Below are positions 1 through 8,831 of a stretch of DNA of 26,515 bases, piece by piece. The stretch comes from a virus (taxonomy: Duplodnaviria; Caudoviricetes): positions 1 through 26,515 of IMG/VR virus record IMGVR_UViG_3300027883_000021, one strand, 5' to 3'. The notes under the pieces were generated by a model, which did no database searches, was not told the origin of the DNA, and saw only the letters and a list, made by a program, of their open reading frames with translations. Made by a program: the position numbers and the translations under genes. The first letter of the stretch is position 1; the number at the start of each line of letters is the position of its first letter.

Positions 1-1
1 C

Positions 2-3000
2 GATGCAGACGTTGTGTACATGGAAGCGCGCTCACAAGAGGCGGACCAATACGCTAACAAGCGTCAAGAAATTGCGGACAAAGAGCGTAACAAGCAGCTT
101 GTAGGGATGGTTAAAACCCACGGGCGGGATGCTATTTCCGCATGGAAAAACGGCGTCTCTGTTGGAGGTCCGAACGTAGACCAACTGGGTAAAGCAGATT
201 TACTCGAGTGGATTTCCGCAGTCGAAGAACATAAAGAGGGCTCTATTGACGACGCCCAACTCGCGCAAGACCTGCGTGACATCGAAAACAAATACGACCA
301 GAATAACGCTGGCCCCACACTGGAGGATACCAATGCAGGACGAACCAACGAAAGCACCGCAACCCAAATTGCAGACGACGCAGGACCGAGTACCGGGGAT
401 GCGACGAGCGCAGAAAGCGGGAATCCAACTGAACAAGTCGGAACTGCGGATACTGGCGAGAGCGGACGCAGCAGCCAAGAAGCCAGCACCGGAGTAGTCG
501 GCGGGGTTAAGACTGCGCCGGTAGTAGAAGTTAGGAAGCGGAAGAAGATTGACCCCAAGAAAGCCAAGACGAGCAATCCTCGCTTTGGCGTGAGGGACAA
601 CGCGACTGCTACGGCATCCCGCGAAGCATTTGAACAATCTGTTAACGAGTTGACAGGTGATACGCAGAACGTCCGTATTCACGTCTTCGATAACGAAGCC
701 GACGCGCTCGCTGCGGTGGAGAGTGGCGATGTTCCATATGCCGACGTGGCCGAAATCGCAAAAGTACAGCCTTACGGCTGGGTTCAGGAAGACGAGAACG
801 GAGTGCCTCACGCGCACTTTATCCTAGATCGTATCCCCGCCGGTGGCGAACGCGCTGCGTTTATGCACGAAGTTGGCGGCCACGTGGGTATCGACAACGT
901 CCTAGACGAAGCCTCCCGCACAAAGCTCGCTTCGCAGATTGCTGATTGGGCGGGAGCTAACGACGGTTCTCTTGAGAGTAAACTCGCCCTGCGCACCCTG
1001 CGTCGTATGGACCTTGCTGCAATGCGCGGTGGCGTATCTGACGGCGTGGTTGTTTCAGAGGCTATCGCCTACTTCCTCGAAGAAGCCACAATGGCAGGGG
1101 TGGACCCCACTGCGGGCGACGCGGTTGGTAACTTTGTGCAGCGCATCTATGACGCGTTCAAAGCCGCCTTCGAGGCGCTCGGCCTTCGCAACGTAGACAC
1201 TCTAGTGGCACAAGACCTTGTCGACATGGCTTACGGCGCAGCGCGCTTCGAGCTCATGGAAGGCAGCCTAGACCCAACTACAACCACTGCTCCATTCCAG
1301 TCGCCGTCTTATGGTGTAGGCCGCGACGCAACGACGAAAACCGAAGCTGCGAGAGCTTACGTCAAGCAAAACTTAGGTAAAGGGGCTACGAAGTTTTTTG
1401 ATGATGCGTCATTTATTGCGCGCAACGCTGTGGATTCCACCAAGTTCTTGCACCAGTTTATTCGAGAGAACAAAGAGACGATGCCGTCGGCTGGCCGCTG
1501 GTATAATGCCAGCTTGGAAGCAGAGAAGACACGAAACGATATTCGCCGCGGCGTTGAAAGCGTGGCTGTTCAGGCCCGAGACATGAAACCGGAGCGTCTG
1601 GAAGTTGTCAACGACTTCATCGGTAGTTCAACCTTTTACCAAAAGTGGGGTTACGACCCAGAGATCGAAGGTAGAACAGTCAAGGTCGACCCGGTTATGA
1701 AGCGTAAGTTCGACCGACTGGCTCAGAAAGAACAGCAGCTGGTGAAAGACATCTTCGCCCACGGTGAGACAATGCGCTTACGCAAGCAGGAGATCGCCAA
1801 GAACCTTGGCGTAGAGGGTAAGTTCTTTACCGATGCTGCGCTTGAAGGGCCGTACGCGCCACTGAAGCGTTTTGGTAATTTCGTCGGGCAGCTAAAATCC
1901 CAAGCCCTCTTAGATGCAGAAGCTGAGATGCGCGAAAACAATACAGCGGAAACCAAGAAAAAAGTAAACGACCTCAAGTCTGATGAAGCGAACTACGTTA
2001 TCAGCTTCTTCGACACTATGGGCGCGGCCAAACAGTTCCGAGACGCGAACAAGGATAAGTTCGCTACCGCCACGGCGTCGCCGAGAGCTCCGGACATGGA
2101 CAACGACAGAATGTCTAACCCTGAAGCCTTTGATAAGATACTTGGGCAGCTGCGCGCAGACGACAAATCGGGTATCGACTCTAACGCTAAAGCTGCGTTC
2201 GCCGAAATGGTAAAGAAAATGTACTTCCAGTCACTAGACGAGCGCAGTGCTCGTCAGTCTGGCGCTCGCCGTATGAACCGCGCGGGCTACGAAAAGAACA
2301 TGATCCGCTCATTCTTGTCTCACGCCCGTGCCGAAGCTGGCCTTGTGGCTAACATGGAACACGGTGCTGAGATTAATACAGCCTTCGCTGAGGCTAACGT
2401 AGAAGCCGGTAGAGATGAAGAGAACTTGCGCGGCGTCTACAACATGGTGGCGAAGCACTACAGAGACACACTGGTGGGTAAAGAGACCCCAATCCAAGAT
2501 CGCCTCGCTGCGATGAACTCAGTCTACATGCTTACAACCAGTGTGGGCTACCACGTTACCAACGCCACGCAGCCAGCTATCGTTACTGTTCCTCGCCTCG
2601 CAGGTGACTTTAAGAACTATAGCGGCGCATGGGGTGCGCTCACCCGTGGGTACAAAGTATCAGTTAAAGCGGCCAAGATGGGTAAAAACTTTGAAGCCGA
2701 AATCGACATCAACAAAGCCCCACCGAAGTACCGCAAACTCCTAGAAGACTTGCAGCTGCGCCAACTATTAGACGTGGGTATGGAAGAAGACCTCTCTGAG
2801 TTTGACCGCTTCAACTCGGGCTACGAGTCGATCAACCGGGCGACTGACGCACTTGGTAAAATCGTGCACAAGCTGTACCAAGTGGCGCGTTTTGTGGAAG
2901 CTCACAACCGTATCGCCGCGGCGGTAGCTGCTTACGACATGGCACTGGCCAACCCCGCGACGATGAAAACCCTCAAGATGACGCCGGACGAGTACGCCAC

Positions 3001-4024
3001 GATGGTTGTCGAAGACACACAGGGTAACTTTGCCCGGTTCGATGCGCCGTACGTGGTGAAGTTCCTGCCCAAGATGACTACTCAGTACCGCAAATATCAG
3101 CTGATGATGGGCTGGGCTTACGGGAACGCCTTCAACCAAGCCTTCGTGGATAAGACTATTAGTGCTGAAGAGAAGGCCATGGGCAAACGCGTTCTTGGAT
3201 ATACCCTAACTCACGCGGGTATCTTCGCTGGAGCGACAGGTATCCCACTGGTGACTACACTAGCTCCGTACGCGTTGGGTTGGATAGAGGGCGAAGAAGA
3301 GCCGCAAGAACTCGAGCGTTGGATACGCGAGAAGGTAGAGAGCGAACGCCTTGCAGACGTTCTTAGCCGAGGCGTATTCTCTGCGGTTGGTATCGACATG
3401 TCCACCAAGCTCTCGCAGGGTAAAATATTCCACCCATTCCCGTACATTGACTTCGAAGCTAGCGAAGATGGCGTAAAGGACGTCTTCTTTAACGCATTGG
3501 CCGGACCGTCGGGCACTACTGCCCTCAACTTTGGGCGTTCCGCCGAGTATTTTAAGCAGGGCGACGCACTAAAAGGCATCGAGTACATGGTGCCAAAAGG
3601 CATCCGCACTTTGGTCGAGTCCTATCGACTTGGCACAGAAGGTTTTTCCGCTAAGAGCGGCGATGTGCTGGTAGACCCACGGGCTTTTGACATGCAGAGC
3701 CTGCTCCTCAACGCTCTTGGTATCCCCTCCACAGATGTACAAAAGTTCAAGTGGACACGTGGTCAGCAGTTTGAGCTCTCCGAGTATGTAAGCAACGAGT
3801 CTTCTCGTATTCGTCGTGAGTATATCCGGGCGAAAGACGACGGTGCCAGAGGTCGTATGACTGAGCTGCGCGACGAGTGGCGCGATTTGCAGGACCAGAA
3901 AGAGCGTATCAGTCCCTTCTTTGGCAGCGGCCGCGAGATGCGGCGTCAGTCGGTCGGCGATCTAATTCGCGCGCCGCGTAGTCAGGATCGTAGAGAGCAG
4001 AGAGCGCAGCGAAGATTCGATTAA
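2..4024 (+). CDS. Large phage virion-associated / polyvalent-type protein with zincin-like metallopeptidase domain (5'-truncated by window)
   Basis: Frame is open from base 2 (DADVVYME...), >1336 aa. It has a low-complexity acidic/Gly/Thr linker, an AFMHEVGGHVG zincin-like motif with a downstream SEAIAY Glu, and a long helical C-terminal half with hydrophobic segments. It is the last gene of the rightward arm, converging on the integrase. Confidence 0.6.
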   Translation, partial: DADVVYMEARSQEADQYANKRQEIADKERNKQLVGMVKTHGRDAISAWKNGVSVGGPNVDQLGKADLLEWISAVEEHKEGSIDDAQLAQDLRDIENKYDQNNAGPTLEDTNAGRTNESTATQIADDAGPSTGDATSAESGNPTEQVGTADTGESGRSSQEASTGVVGGVKTAPVVEVRKRKKIDPKKAKTSNPRFGVRDNATATASREAFEQSVNELTGDTQNVRIHVFDNEADALAAVESGDVPYADVAEIAKVQPYGWVQEDENGVPHAHFILDRIPAGGERAAFMHEVGGHVGIDNVLDEASRTKLASQIADWAGANDGSLESKLALRTLRRMDLAAMRGGVSDGVVVSEAIAYFLEEATMAGVDPTAGDAVGNFVQRIYDAFKAAFEALGLRNVDTLVAQDLVDMAYGAARFELMEGSLDPTTTTAPFQSPSYGVGRDATTKTEAARAYVKQNLGKGATKFFDDASFIARNAVDSTKFLHQFIRENKETMPSAGRWYNASLEAEKTRNDIRRGVESVAVQARDMKPERLEVVNDFIGSSTFYQKWGYDPEIEGRTVKVDPVMKRKFDRLAQKEQQLVKDIFAHGETMRLRKQEIAKNLGVEGKFFTDAALEGPYAPLKRFGNFVGQLKSQALLDAEAEMRENNTAETKKKVNDLKSDEANYVISFFDTMGAAKQFRDANKDKFATATASPRAPDMDNDRMSNPEAFDKILGQLRADDKSGIDSNAKAAFAEMVKKMYFQSLDERSARQSGARRMNRAGYEKNMIRSFLSHARAEAGLVANMEHGAEINTAFAEANVEAGRDEENLRGVYNMVAKHYRDTLVGKETPIQDRLAAMNSVYMLTTSVGYHVTNATQPAIVTVPRLAGDFKNYSGAWGALTRGYKVSVKAAKMGKNFEAEIDINKAPPKYRKLLEDLQLRQLLDVGMEEDLSEFDRFNSGYESINRATDALGKIVHKLYQVARFVEAHNRIAAAVAAYDMALANPATMKTLKMTPDEYATMVVEDTQGNFARFDAPYVVKFLPKMTTQYRKYQLMMGWAYGNAFNQAFVDKTISAEEKAMGKRVLGYTLTHAGIFAGATGIPLVTTLAPYALGWIEGEEEPQELERWIREKVESERLADVLSRGVFSAVGIDMSTKLSQGKIFHPFPYIDFEASEDGVKDVFFNALAGPSGTTALNFGRSAEYFKQGDALKGIEYMVPKGIRTLVESYRLGTEGFSAKSGDVLVDPRAFDMQSLLLNALGIPSTDVQKFKWTRGQQFELSEYVSNESSRIRREYIRAKDDGARGRMTELRDEWRDLQDQKERISPFFGSGREMRRQSVGDLIRAPRSQDRREQRAQRRFD

Positions 4025-4134
4025 GTTTACCTCCCCCGTTAGAGTTTGTGTCTCCTCCCGACGCATCGCCGCTCTAACGGTAACTACCCCCCAGAAGGTC
4101 AGGATTCGCACTGCCACGCTGGGGGGCTTTTTTT
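4025..4134 (+). ncRNA. Putative structured 3'-UTR-derived small RNA with anti-SD motifs
   Basis: Hairpin CCGTTAGAG (4036-4044) / CTCTAACGG (4072-4080) with TCTCCTCCC in the loop; TTTACCTCC immediately 5' (4026-4034); followed by a terminator hairpin. Confidence 0.35.
4087..4134 (+). terminator. Rho-independent terminator with a large loop
   Basis: Stem CCCCCCAG (4087-4094) / CTGGGGGG (4119-4126), then C and T7 (4128-4134), downstream of the large CDS. Confidence 0.75.
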
Positions 4135-4140
4135 ATCCAG

Positions 4141-4330
4141 TTTCGTGGAGCACCCTTACCGTAACCTATTGATATGTTTAGGGCCGGATTTCGCCCCCGT
4201 GGAGCACACTGTCGTTGATTTCATTGACTTTTTTAGTGAAATGGTGGGCGACCCTGGACCACCAGTAGTAGTGTTTTGGCCTTATTTAACTGACCAGTGT
4301 GCTCCACGAAATTGGGGCGTGGAGCACCCT
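4141..4330. other. attP: attP phage attachment site
   Basis: Four CGTGGAGCAC(A/C)CT arm-type repeats (4144, 4198 and 4318 forward; 4296-4308 inverted) flank a core at 4242-4258. The core's reverse complement TCCAGG-GTCGCCC-A-CCA has tRNA 3'-end form. The site abuts the integrase stop codon. Confidence 0.85.
4162..4174 (-). promoter_or_regulatory. IHF binding site in attP
   Basis: TATCAATAGGTTA on the - strand is an exact match to WATCAANNNNTTR, lying between two arm repeats. Confidence 0.7.
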
Positions 4331-5411
4331 ACCAATCCAGAGCCGCCAGAGAGTGCAGTCCTTCGGCGGCCAATCCGCGGCGCTGGACCCCCTTGGTGTA
4401 GACCTCAGACGTGCGCGCTTGGGTGTGGGCCATGACCGCCATGATCTGGTGCTGAGAGCTTCCAGCTTCTGCCATCAACTCCGCCATAGCTTTGCGAACT
4501 CCGTGGGACGAACGGTTCTTTAGGCCCGCGGCCACGCACCATCTTTGGACGCGGACACGCAGCGCCTCAACTGATGAGAACGGAGTGCCTTTATCGTTCA
4601 GGATGTAGCTCGGACCGACGACCTTCGAGGCTCTAGTGGCCTCCACCAGTGGCGGTAACATAGGAATGGATACAAACGCCGAACCCTTTTTGCGCGGCTG
4701 GAACTCAAGCCACGGCTGACCGCCTATGGTTTTCTCCTGCTGTCGTCCTATCCACAGGGCGTCCCCGATGCGGCAAGCAGTAAAGGCTTGGATCGTTAGC
4801 CAGAGATGCGCTGTGGTTCCTTTGGGGTGTGCAGCCCTAAACGCGCGTAGGTCAGCAGCCGTCCATGCCGTCGCTCCGCCCTTTGGGTTTTTGTTGATAG
4901 GAGCGATGCCCACGGCGGGGTTATAACCGATTTCGTCACGCTCCATCGCCCACGAGTAAACCGCTCGTATTGTTTTGATGAGGTTGTCTGCGGCTCCGGG
5001 CTTGCTGGCCCATGCGTCTCGTACCGCGATGAACGCTGCGGTGGGTGCGTTCATGTCAAAAGACCCGTAGCGTCCCCCACTGGGGTCTGTGAAGTCACAA
5101 AGTCTTGTCAGGATACTACGTCGCTGTTTCAGCGTGGCGGCAGACATCTGGTTTGCAGCGACCATGTCCTCTAAGAACTTCAAGTACCGTGCCGTAAGCC
5201 AGTCTAGGCTCTGCTGCACCTCAGTGTTTTCTGGTGGAGCGTCCCACACACGACCTTCACGTGCGGCGTAATAGTGGTGGAGGAAGTCCGGATCGTCGGG
5301 CCCCACGGGTATGCGCGTTACAACCCGCTTGTCACCTTCTTTGCGGACCCGACAGCGCACGGTGCCGCTGGGCAGTTTCTCCGCCCACAAGCCGGGTAGT
5401 TTTACGGTCAC
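4329..5411 (-). CDS. int: Tyrosine recombinase (phage integrase)
   Basis: Catalytic residues R (ACRIGD), K (QPRKKG), HxxR (SHGVRK), H (MAHTQ) and Y (SEVYTK). Start placed at GTG 5411, which follows GGAGG-TAAAA. Confidence 0.93.
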   Translation of the reverse strand: MTVKLPGLWAEKLPSGTVRCRVRKEGDKRVVTRIPVGPDDPDFLHHYYAAREGRVWDAPPENTEVQQSLDWLTARYLKFLEDMVAANQMSAATLKQRRSILTRLCDFTDPSGGRYGSFDMNAPTAAFIAVRDAWASKPGAADNLIKTIRAVYSWAMERDEIGYNPAVGIAPINKNPKGGATAWTAADLRAFRAAHPKGTTAHLWLTIQAFTACRIGDALWIGRQQEKTIGGQPWLEFQPRKKGSAFVSIPMLPPLVEATRASKVVGPSYILNDKGTPFSSVEALRVRVQRWCVAAGLKNRSSHGVRKAMAELMAEAGSSQHQIMAVMAHTQARTSEVYTKGVQRRGLAAEGLHSLAALDW

Positions 5412-5413
5412 TT

Positions 5414-5608
5414 TTACCTCCGCGCAGCCCACTGTTTGGGCTTTGGACCTTGATCCAGAACGGAGTTGGTGTCTAGGTTTTTCTGATTTGTCTCAACGCG
5501 GATGCTGCCGTCTTTGGCCACGGACACGGCGCAGATAGCTAAACCTGCGTCTTGGGCGGCTTCGATGGCGCGTTTAATTGCCGCTTTGGTAGTTGCTGCT
5601 GCGGGCAT
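5414..5608 (-). CDS. Putative excisionase / recombination directionality factor
   Basis: 64-aa basic protein (MPAAATTKAAIKRAIEAAQDAGLAI...KDGSIRV) directly upstream of int, with a GGAGGA RBS. It resembles the small genes that precede alphaproteobacterial phage integrases. Confidence 0.55.
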   Translation of the reverse strand: MPAAATTKAAIKRAIEAAQDAGLAICAVSVAKDGSIRVETNQKNLDTNSVLDQGPKPKQWAARR

Positions 5609-5638
5609 TAGCTGTCCTCCCTGCGGGGTAAGCAAGAC

Positions 5639-5791
5639 TTAGGGGTCAAGGCGGGCCTCCAACATCTCCAAAAGGTATTTTATTTCTTCGGCCTGCTGCT
5701 TCACTCCGGGGCGGTCACGGCGTTGCCCTTCCAATAGCATTCCGTTTGCTCTGTGTTTCAGCGCTTTCAATATTTGTTGTACTTCGGTCAC
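5639..5791 (-). CDS. Hypothetical protein (50 aa)
   Basis: GTG start overlaps the primase TGA (GTGA coupling); amphipathic helical sequence. Confidence 0.5.
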   Translation of the reverse strand: MTEVQQILKALKHRANGMLLEGQRRDRPGVKQQAEEIKYLLEMLEARLDP

Positions 5792-8757
5792 TGCATTTGC
5801 CCTCCCTCTGCCTGCGCGTGGGTGACGACACCGTCTTCGGTCTTGACGAGTGCTAGTGCTTTTCCGTCGAACAGCTTGTGGTACTTGAACTCGTAGCAAC
5901 GAGCTTGCCCGCTAGGCACAGTGGTGCCCGAACCGATATAAACCTTCTGGCTCGGCTGACCGTCGGCGGTGTAGATCATGTAGCCTGAGCGATCTAACTC
6001 CTCCTTCATGGCAGCGGCGGTGACACCAAATTCCTTGCACCAGTCGGCGACGGCTTTGTAAGTGACGAACACCTTCTTATCTTCTGTGCAGACACGACCA
6101 ATTGCGGGGGCGCGTAGCATTTCCATTGGGTGTTCCTTTGTCTTAGCGCGACCGTCACCGAAGTGCTTTGTGATGATGAGTCGTCCCGGCAGCGTGGCGA
6201 TGAACGAAGCTAGGTGCTCACTGATGTCCGTGTTGGTTTCACGGCGGCTCTCACGCATGGTGACAACCTGTGACATCGCCCACTTTTTCATACCCTTGAT
6301 GTCGAACTGAACGAGGCCCAGCTTCTCTGCGATCTTACCTGCAACCAGTGCAGTCACGATGGTGTCTCTGTAGAAGCGTTCTTTGTTATCATCCTCAGAT
6401 TTGGGGTTAAACTTCGCCCGTGCCGATGTGATCTGGCGGCGCACCCAATCATTGTTCTTGATGATGAACTGAAGGAACGGACGACATGCTTCGCCGTACA
6501 CGCGGTCCATGTGGTGCTCGATGAACTCCTGCGTAATGTCAGGGAACACTGCGTTGCGGAAATCTTTAGGCAGCGATACTTCGAAGAAGCGCAGCTGCGT
6601 AGCCTCAACACGATAACCCGCTGGTAGCTTAGAGATGCTCTCCATGATGCCGTCGTTGGACGTGATGAAGCTGTTCTTAAACCACTGGCCGCCGACGGTG
6701 CTGAACTTACCACTGGTGCCGAGGCGCTCTTTGTCACGACCGTTGGCTAGGGCGTAGCCTGTGCGGGTCAGCTCGTCAGGTGTTCGGCCTGAGAACTCGT
6801 CGAGCAGCATTGGGACACCGCCCATGATGGCGATCCGTTTAATGGCCGCGTTAAGGGTAGAACCCTGTTCACCTGTCTGGCGCTCCATGTGCTCTGGGTT
6901 TCCGTAGAAGCCACAGGCGATCTTAGCTGCCGTCGATTTGCCGGTGCCGCCATGCCCTGTGAACGCCAGTGGTAGCCCGTGCCAGTTGGAGGAACCCATT
7001 AACTCCACAAGGGCTGAGCCCATCGAATGGCATAGCGCGAACTGGAATGGTTCTGCACCGGGGCGGTTGTAAAGTTTATCTATGTTAAGAATCCACTCAT
7101 CGAGTGTGCCTGAGATGCCAAAGTCCACAGCGATGTCGCGTGGGATACCATCATCGCACAGTACGTTTACTTCCTCGTCGGCCATAATCATCTTGGTGCC
7201 GATTACGAAACCCTTGCGGTCCTTGGTCCAGCCGAACTGAGTGAATGTTTCTGTTTCGATGCGCCACTCTTGGAGCTTCTCGATCAGCCCTTCTGCAAAC
7301 TCTGCCATGAAATTCCTCGCGTTTTTCGATCTTGTCAGGAACACTTCGTATGATGCGAACGTCTTAGCCATTAGGTCCGCAGATGCTAACTCGGCCATTG
7401 GCATATAGAACTCACGCCAACTTCCGTTCTTCTCAAGCGCCTTCCAGTGGATCGTCCACTGGCCTTCGCTGTCTTTGATCCGGTTAAGTGGGTAGACAAA
7501 CGAGCGGCAGAATGGGGTCCAATGCACGACGCCTTCGTCGTCAACGTACGAACGCGACAGAGCGGCACCGTTCCAGCGGTAGCCAGCGTCGGGCCAGTAT
7601 GGGATGTGTTGACCCTCAATAATCGCGCCTTGCTGCGCCGCCGTCGTCGCAGTTGGGGCCGTCGTTACGGTCGCGTCGACGGAGGGTTGTACGACGGATA
7701 CGGAAACTTCGACGTAGCCCAAGCTGATCGGGCTTTTACAGGTAGCTGCGAAAGGGCAGTCAGCCCGACAGTTCGCGTGGCGGTCCATCTCTACACAGCT
7801 CGTGGGGTTCGCAGACCACTCGTCAATCTTCGCTTGGGTCTCCGATTGAGAGTAGCCGTCATAGCCACTGCTCCACTCATGTATTTTTTCTTCGCCGTCT
7901 TCACAGTGCTTTAGCACTCCGATGCTAGCCCACCAGTGGGGCTCAGCGATGTCGCCACCGCTCTCTTTGAACGTGCGGATAGCACTACACTTCTCTGCGA
8001 TCTGCTCTGCGTAACTCTCGGGGTAATCGCCTACCGCAGCGGCGAACGGGTTGGCCATGTCGCCTTTTTTGCTCGCTACAGGGGCTGGCTCTACATTGTT
8101 CTCGCGGATGTAGCTGGTCAAAGTTTCTCTGACCTTATCTACTGAATAAGTCTTGCCCACTTTAAGTAGCTCGACCGCACGTGGGGGATCGTACTTGTGG
8201 TTCAGCATACCCACGGGGCGAAGTATACGAGCGATGTCTCCATCCACAGCGCGGTCTGCTTTGACGTTTAGGTGTAGTGAGATGTCGCGCTTTAGCGCAG
8301 CCAGTTCTTCCCACACTGCGGGTGTAATGTCTTCGTCGAAGTGGATGTAGCTGTGGTAGCCGCCGCCACTGTTCACGATGGTCGGCGTAAGGCGAAGTGC
8401 CTTGGCTAGCTTGATTACGTTCTCGAGGGCTTCTTCTTTGGTGTCCGCGGCGTCTGCCTTTTTAACGTCGACGTCGAAGTCGTCGAACAGAGCGCGACAA
8501 GCCACGATATTCTCTTGTGTGCGAATGTGGCGCTTGCCTGTGGTTTCGTCGGTGTACCAGTCGCCAAACGAATTAACACCAAAGTAGACAGTTTCGCCAC
8601 GGCCGTTAAAGTAGGTGGCCGCTGATGCAGCTTCTTCTACCGTGTTGTAGTCTTTCCACTTAAACCAAAGGCCGCCATCGTCGCGAGGTTGTGCAAGACC
8701 TAGTACAGTTTTGCCTTGGAGTGGAAGCACGAGCTTCAGGAAATCTAGTGGACTCAT
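5788..8757 (-). CDS. Primase-helicase (AEP/RepB-like primase, PriCT-like region, DUF927 helicase)
   Basis: AEP motifs LFDDFD and NSGGGYHSY; Cys cluster CVEM...CRADCPF...C; QFGW DUF927 signature; Walker A GHGGTGKST; Walker B LLDE. Confidence 0.85.
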   Translation of the reverse strand: MSPLDFLKLVLPLQGKTVLGLAQPRDDGGLWFKWKDYNTVEEAASAATYFNGRGETVYFGVNSFGDWYTDETTGKRHIRTQENIVACRALFDDFDVDVKKADAADTKEEALENVIKLAKALRLTPTIVNSGGGYHSYIHFDEDITPAVWEELAALKRDISLHLNVKADRAVDGDIARILRPVGMLNHKYDPPRAVELLKVGKTYSVDKVRETLTSYIRENNVEPAPVASKKGDMANPFAAAVGDYPESYAEQIAEKCSAIRTFKESGGDIAEPHWWASIGVLKHCEDGEEKIHEWSSGYDGYSQSETQAKIDEWSANPTSCVEMDRHANCRADCPFAATCKSPISLGYVEVSVSVVQPSVDATVTTAPTATTAAQQGAIIEGQHIPYWPDAGYRWNGAALSRSYVDDEGVVHWTPFCRSFVYPLNRIKDSEGQWTIHWKALEKNGSWREFYMPMAELASADLMAKTFASYEVFLTRSKNARNFMAEFAEGLIEKLQEWRIETETFTQFGWTKDRKGFVIGTKMIMADEEVNVLCDDGIPRDIAVDFGISGTLDEWILNIDKLYNRPGAEPFQFALCHSMGSALVELMGSSNWHGLPLAFTGHGGTGKSTAAKIACGFYGNPEHMERQTGEQGSTLNAAIKRIAIMGGVPMLLDEFSGRTPDELTRTGYALANGRDKERLGTSGKFSTVGGQWFKNSFITSNDGIMESISKLPAGYRVEATQLRFFEVSLPKDFRNAVFPDITQEFIEHHMDRVYGEACRPFLQFIIKNNDWVRRQITSARAKFNPKSEDDNKERFYRDTIVTALVAGKIAEKLGLVQFDIKGMKKWAMSQVVTMRESRRETNTDISEHLASFIATLPGRLIITKHFGDGRAKTKEHPMEMLRAPAIGRVCTEDKKVFVTYKAVADWCKEFGVTAAAMKEELDRSGYMIYTADGQPSQKVYIGSGTTVPSGQARCYEFKYHKLFDGKALALVKTEDGVVTHAQAEGGQMQ

Positions 8758-8771
8758 GTGCCTACCTATAT

Positions 8772-8785
8772 GCTGACGTGTTAAC
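8772..8785. promoter_or_regulatory. Putative operator (degenerate copy) upstream of primase
   Basis: GCTGACGTGTTAAC compared with consensus GTTTACRYGTAAAC. Confidence 0.4.
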
Positions 8786-8791
8786 AGGTTA

Positions 8792-8815
8792 GTGACGGGA
8801 CCGAAGCCCCGTCAC
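8792..8815 (-). terminator. Stable cUUCGg hairpin between SSB and primase (terminator/attenuator or RNA-stability element)
   Basis: - strand reads GTGACGGGGC-TTCG-GTCCCGTCAC; there is no strong U-tract. Confidence 0.5.
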
Positions 8816-8831
8816 GCGCGAAGTGTTTAGA

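Noticed and set aside
4242-4258. Complete tRNA gene
   Set aside because: Only the 3' 17 nt fit; there is no TTC T-loop, anticodon arm or D arm next to it. It is an att core.
4046-4435. 129-aa + strand ORF
   Set aside because: It runs through the terminator, attP and the antisense of int, with a weak start; spurious.
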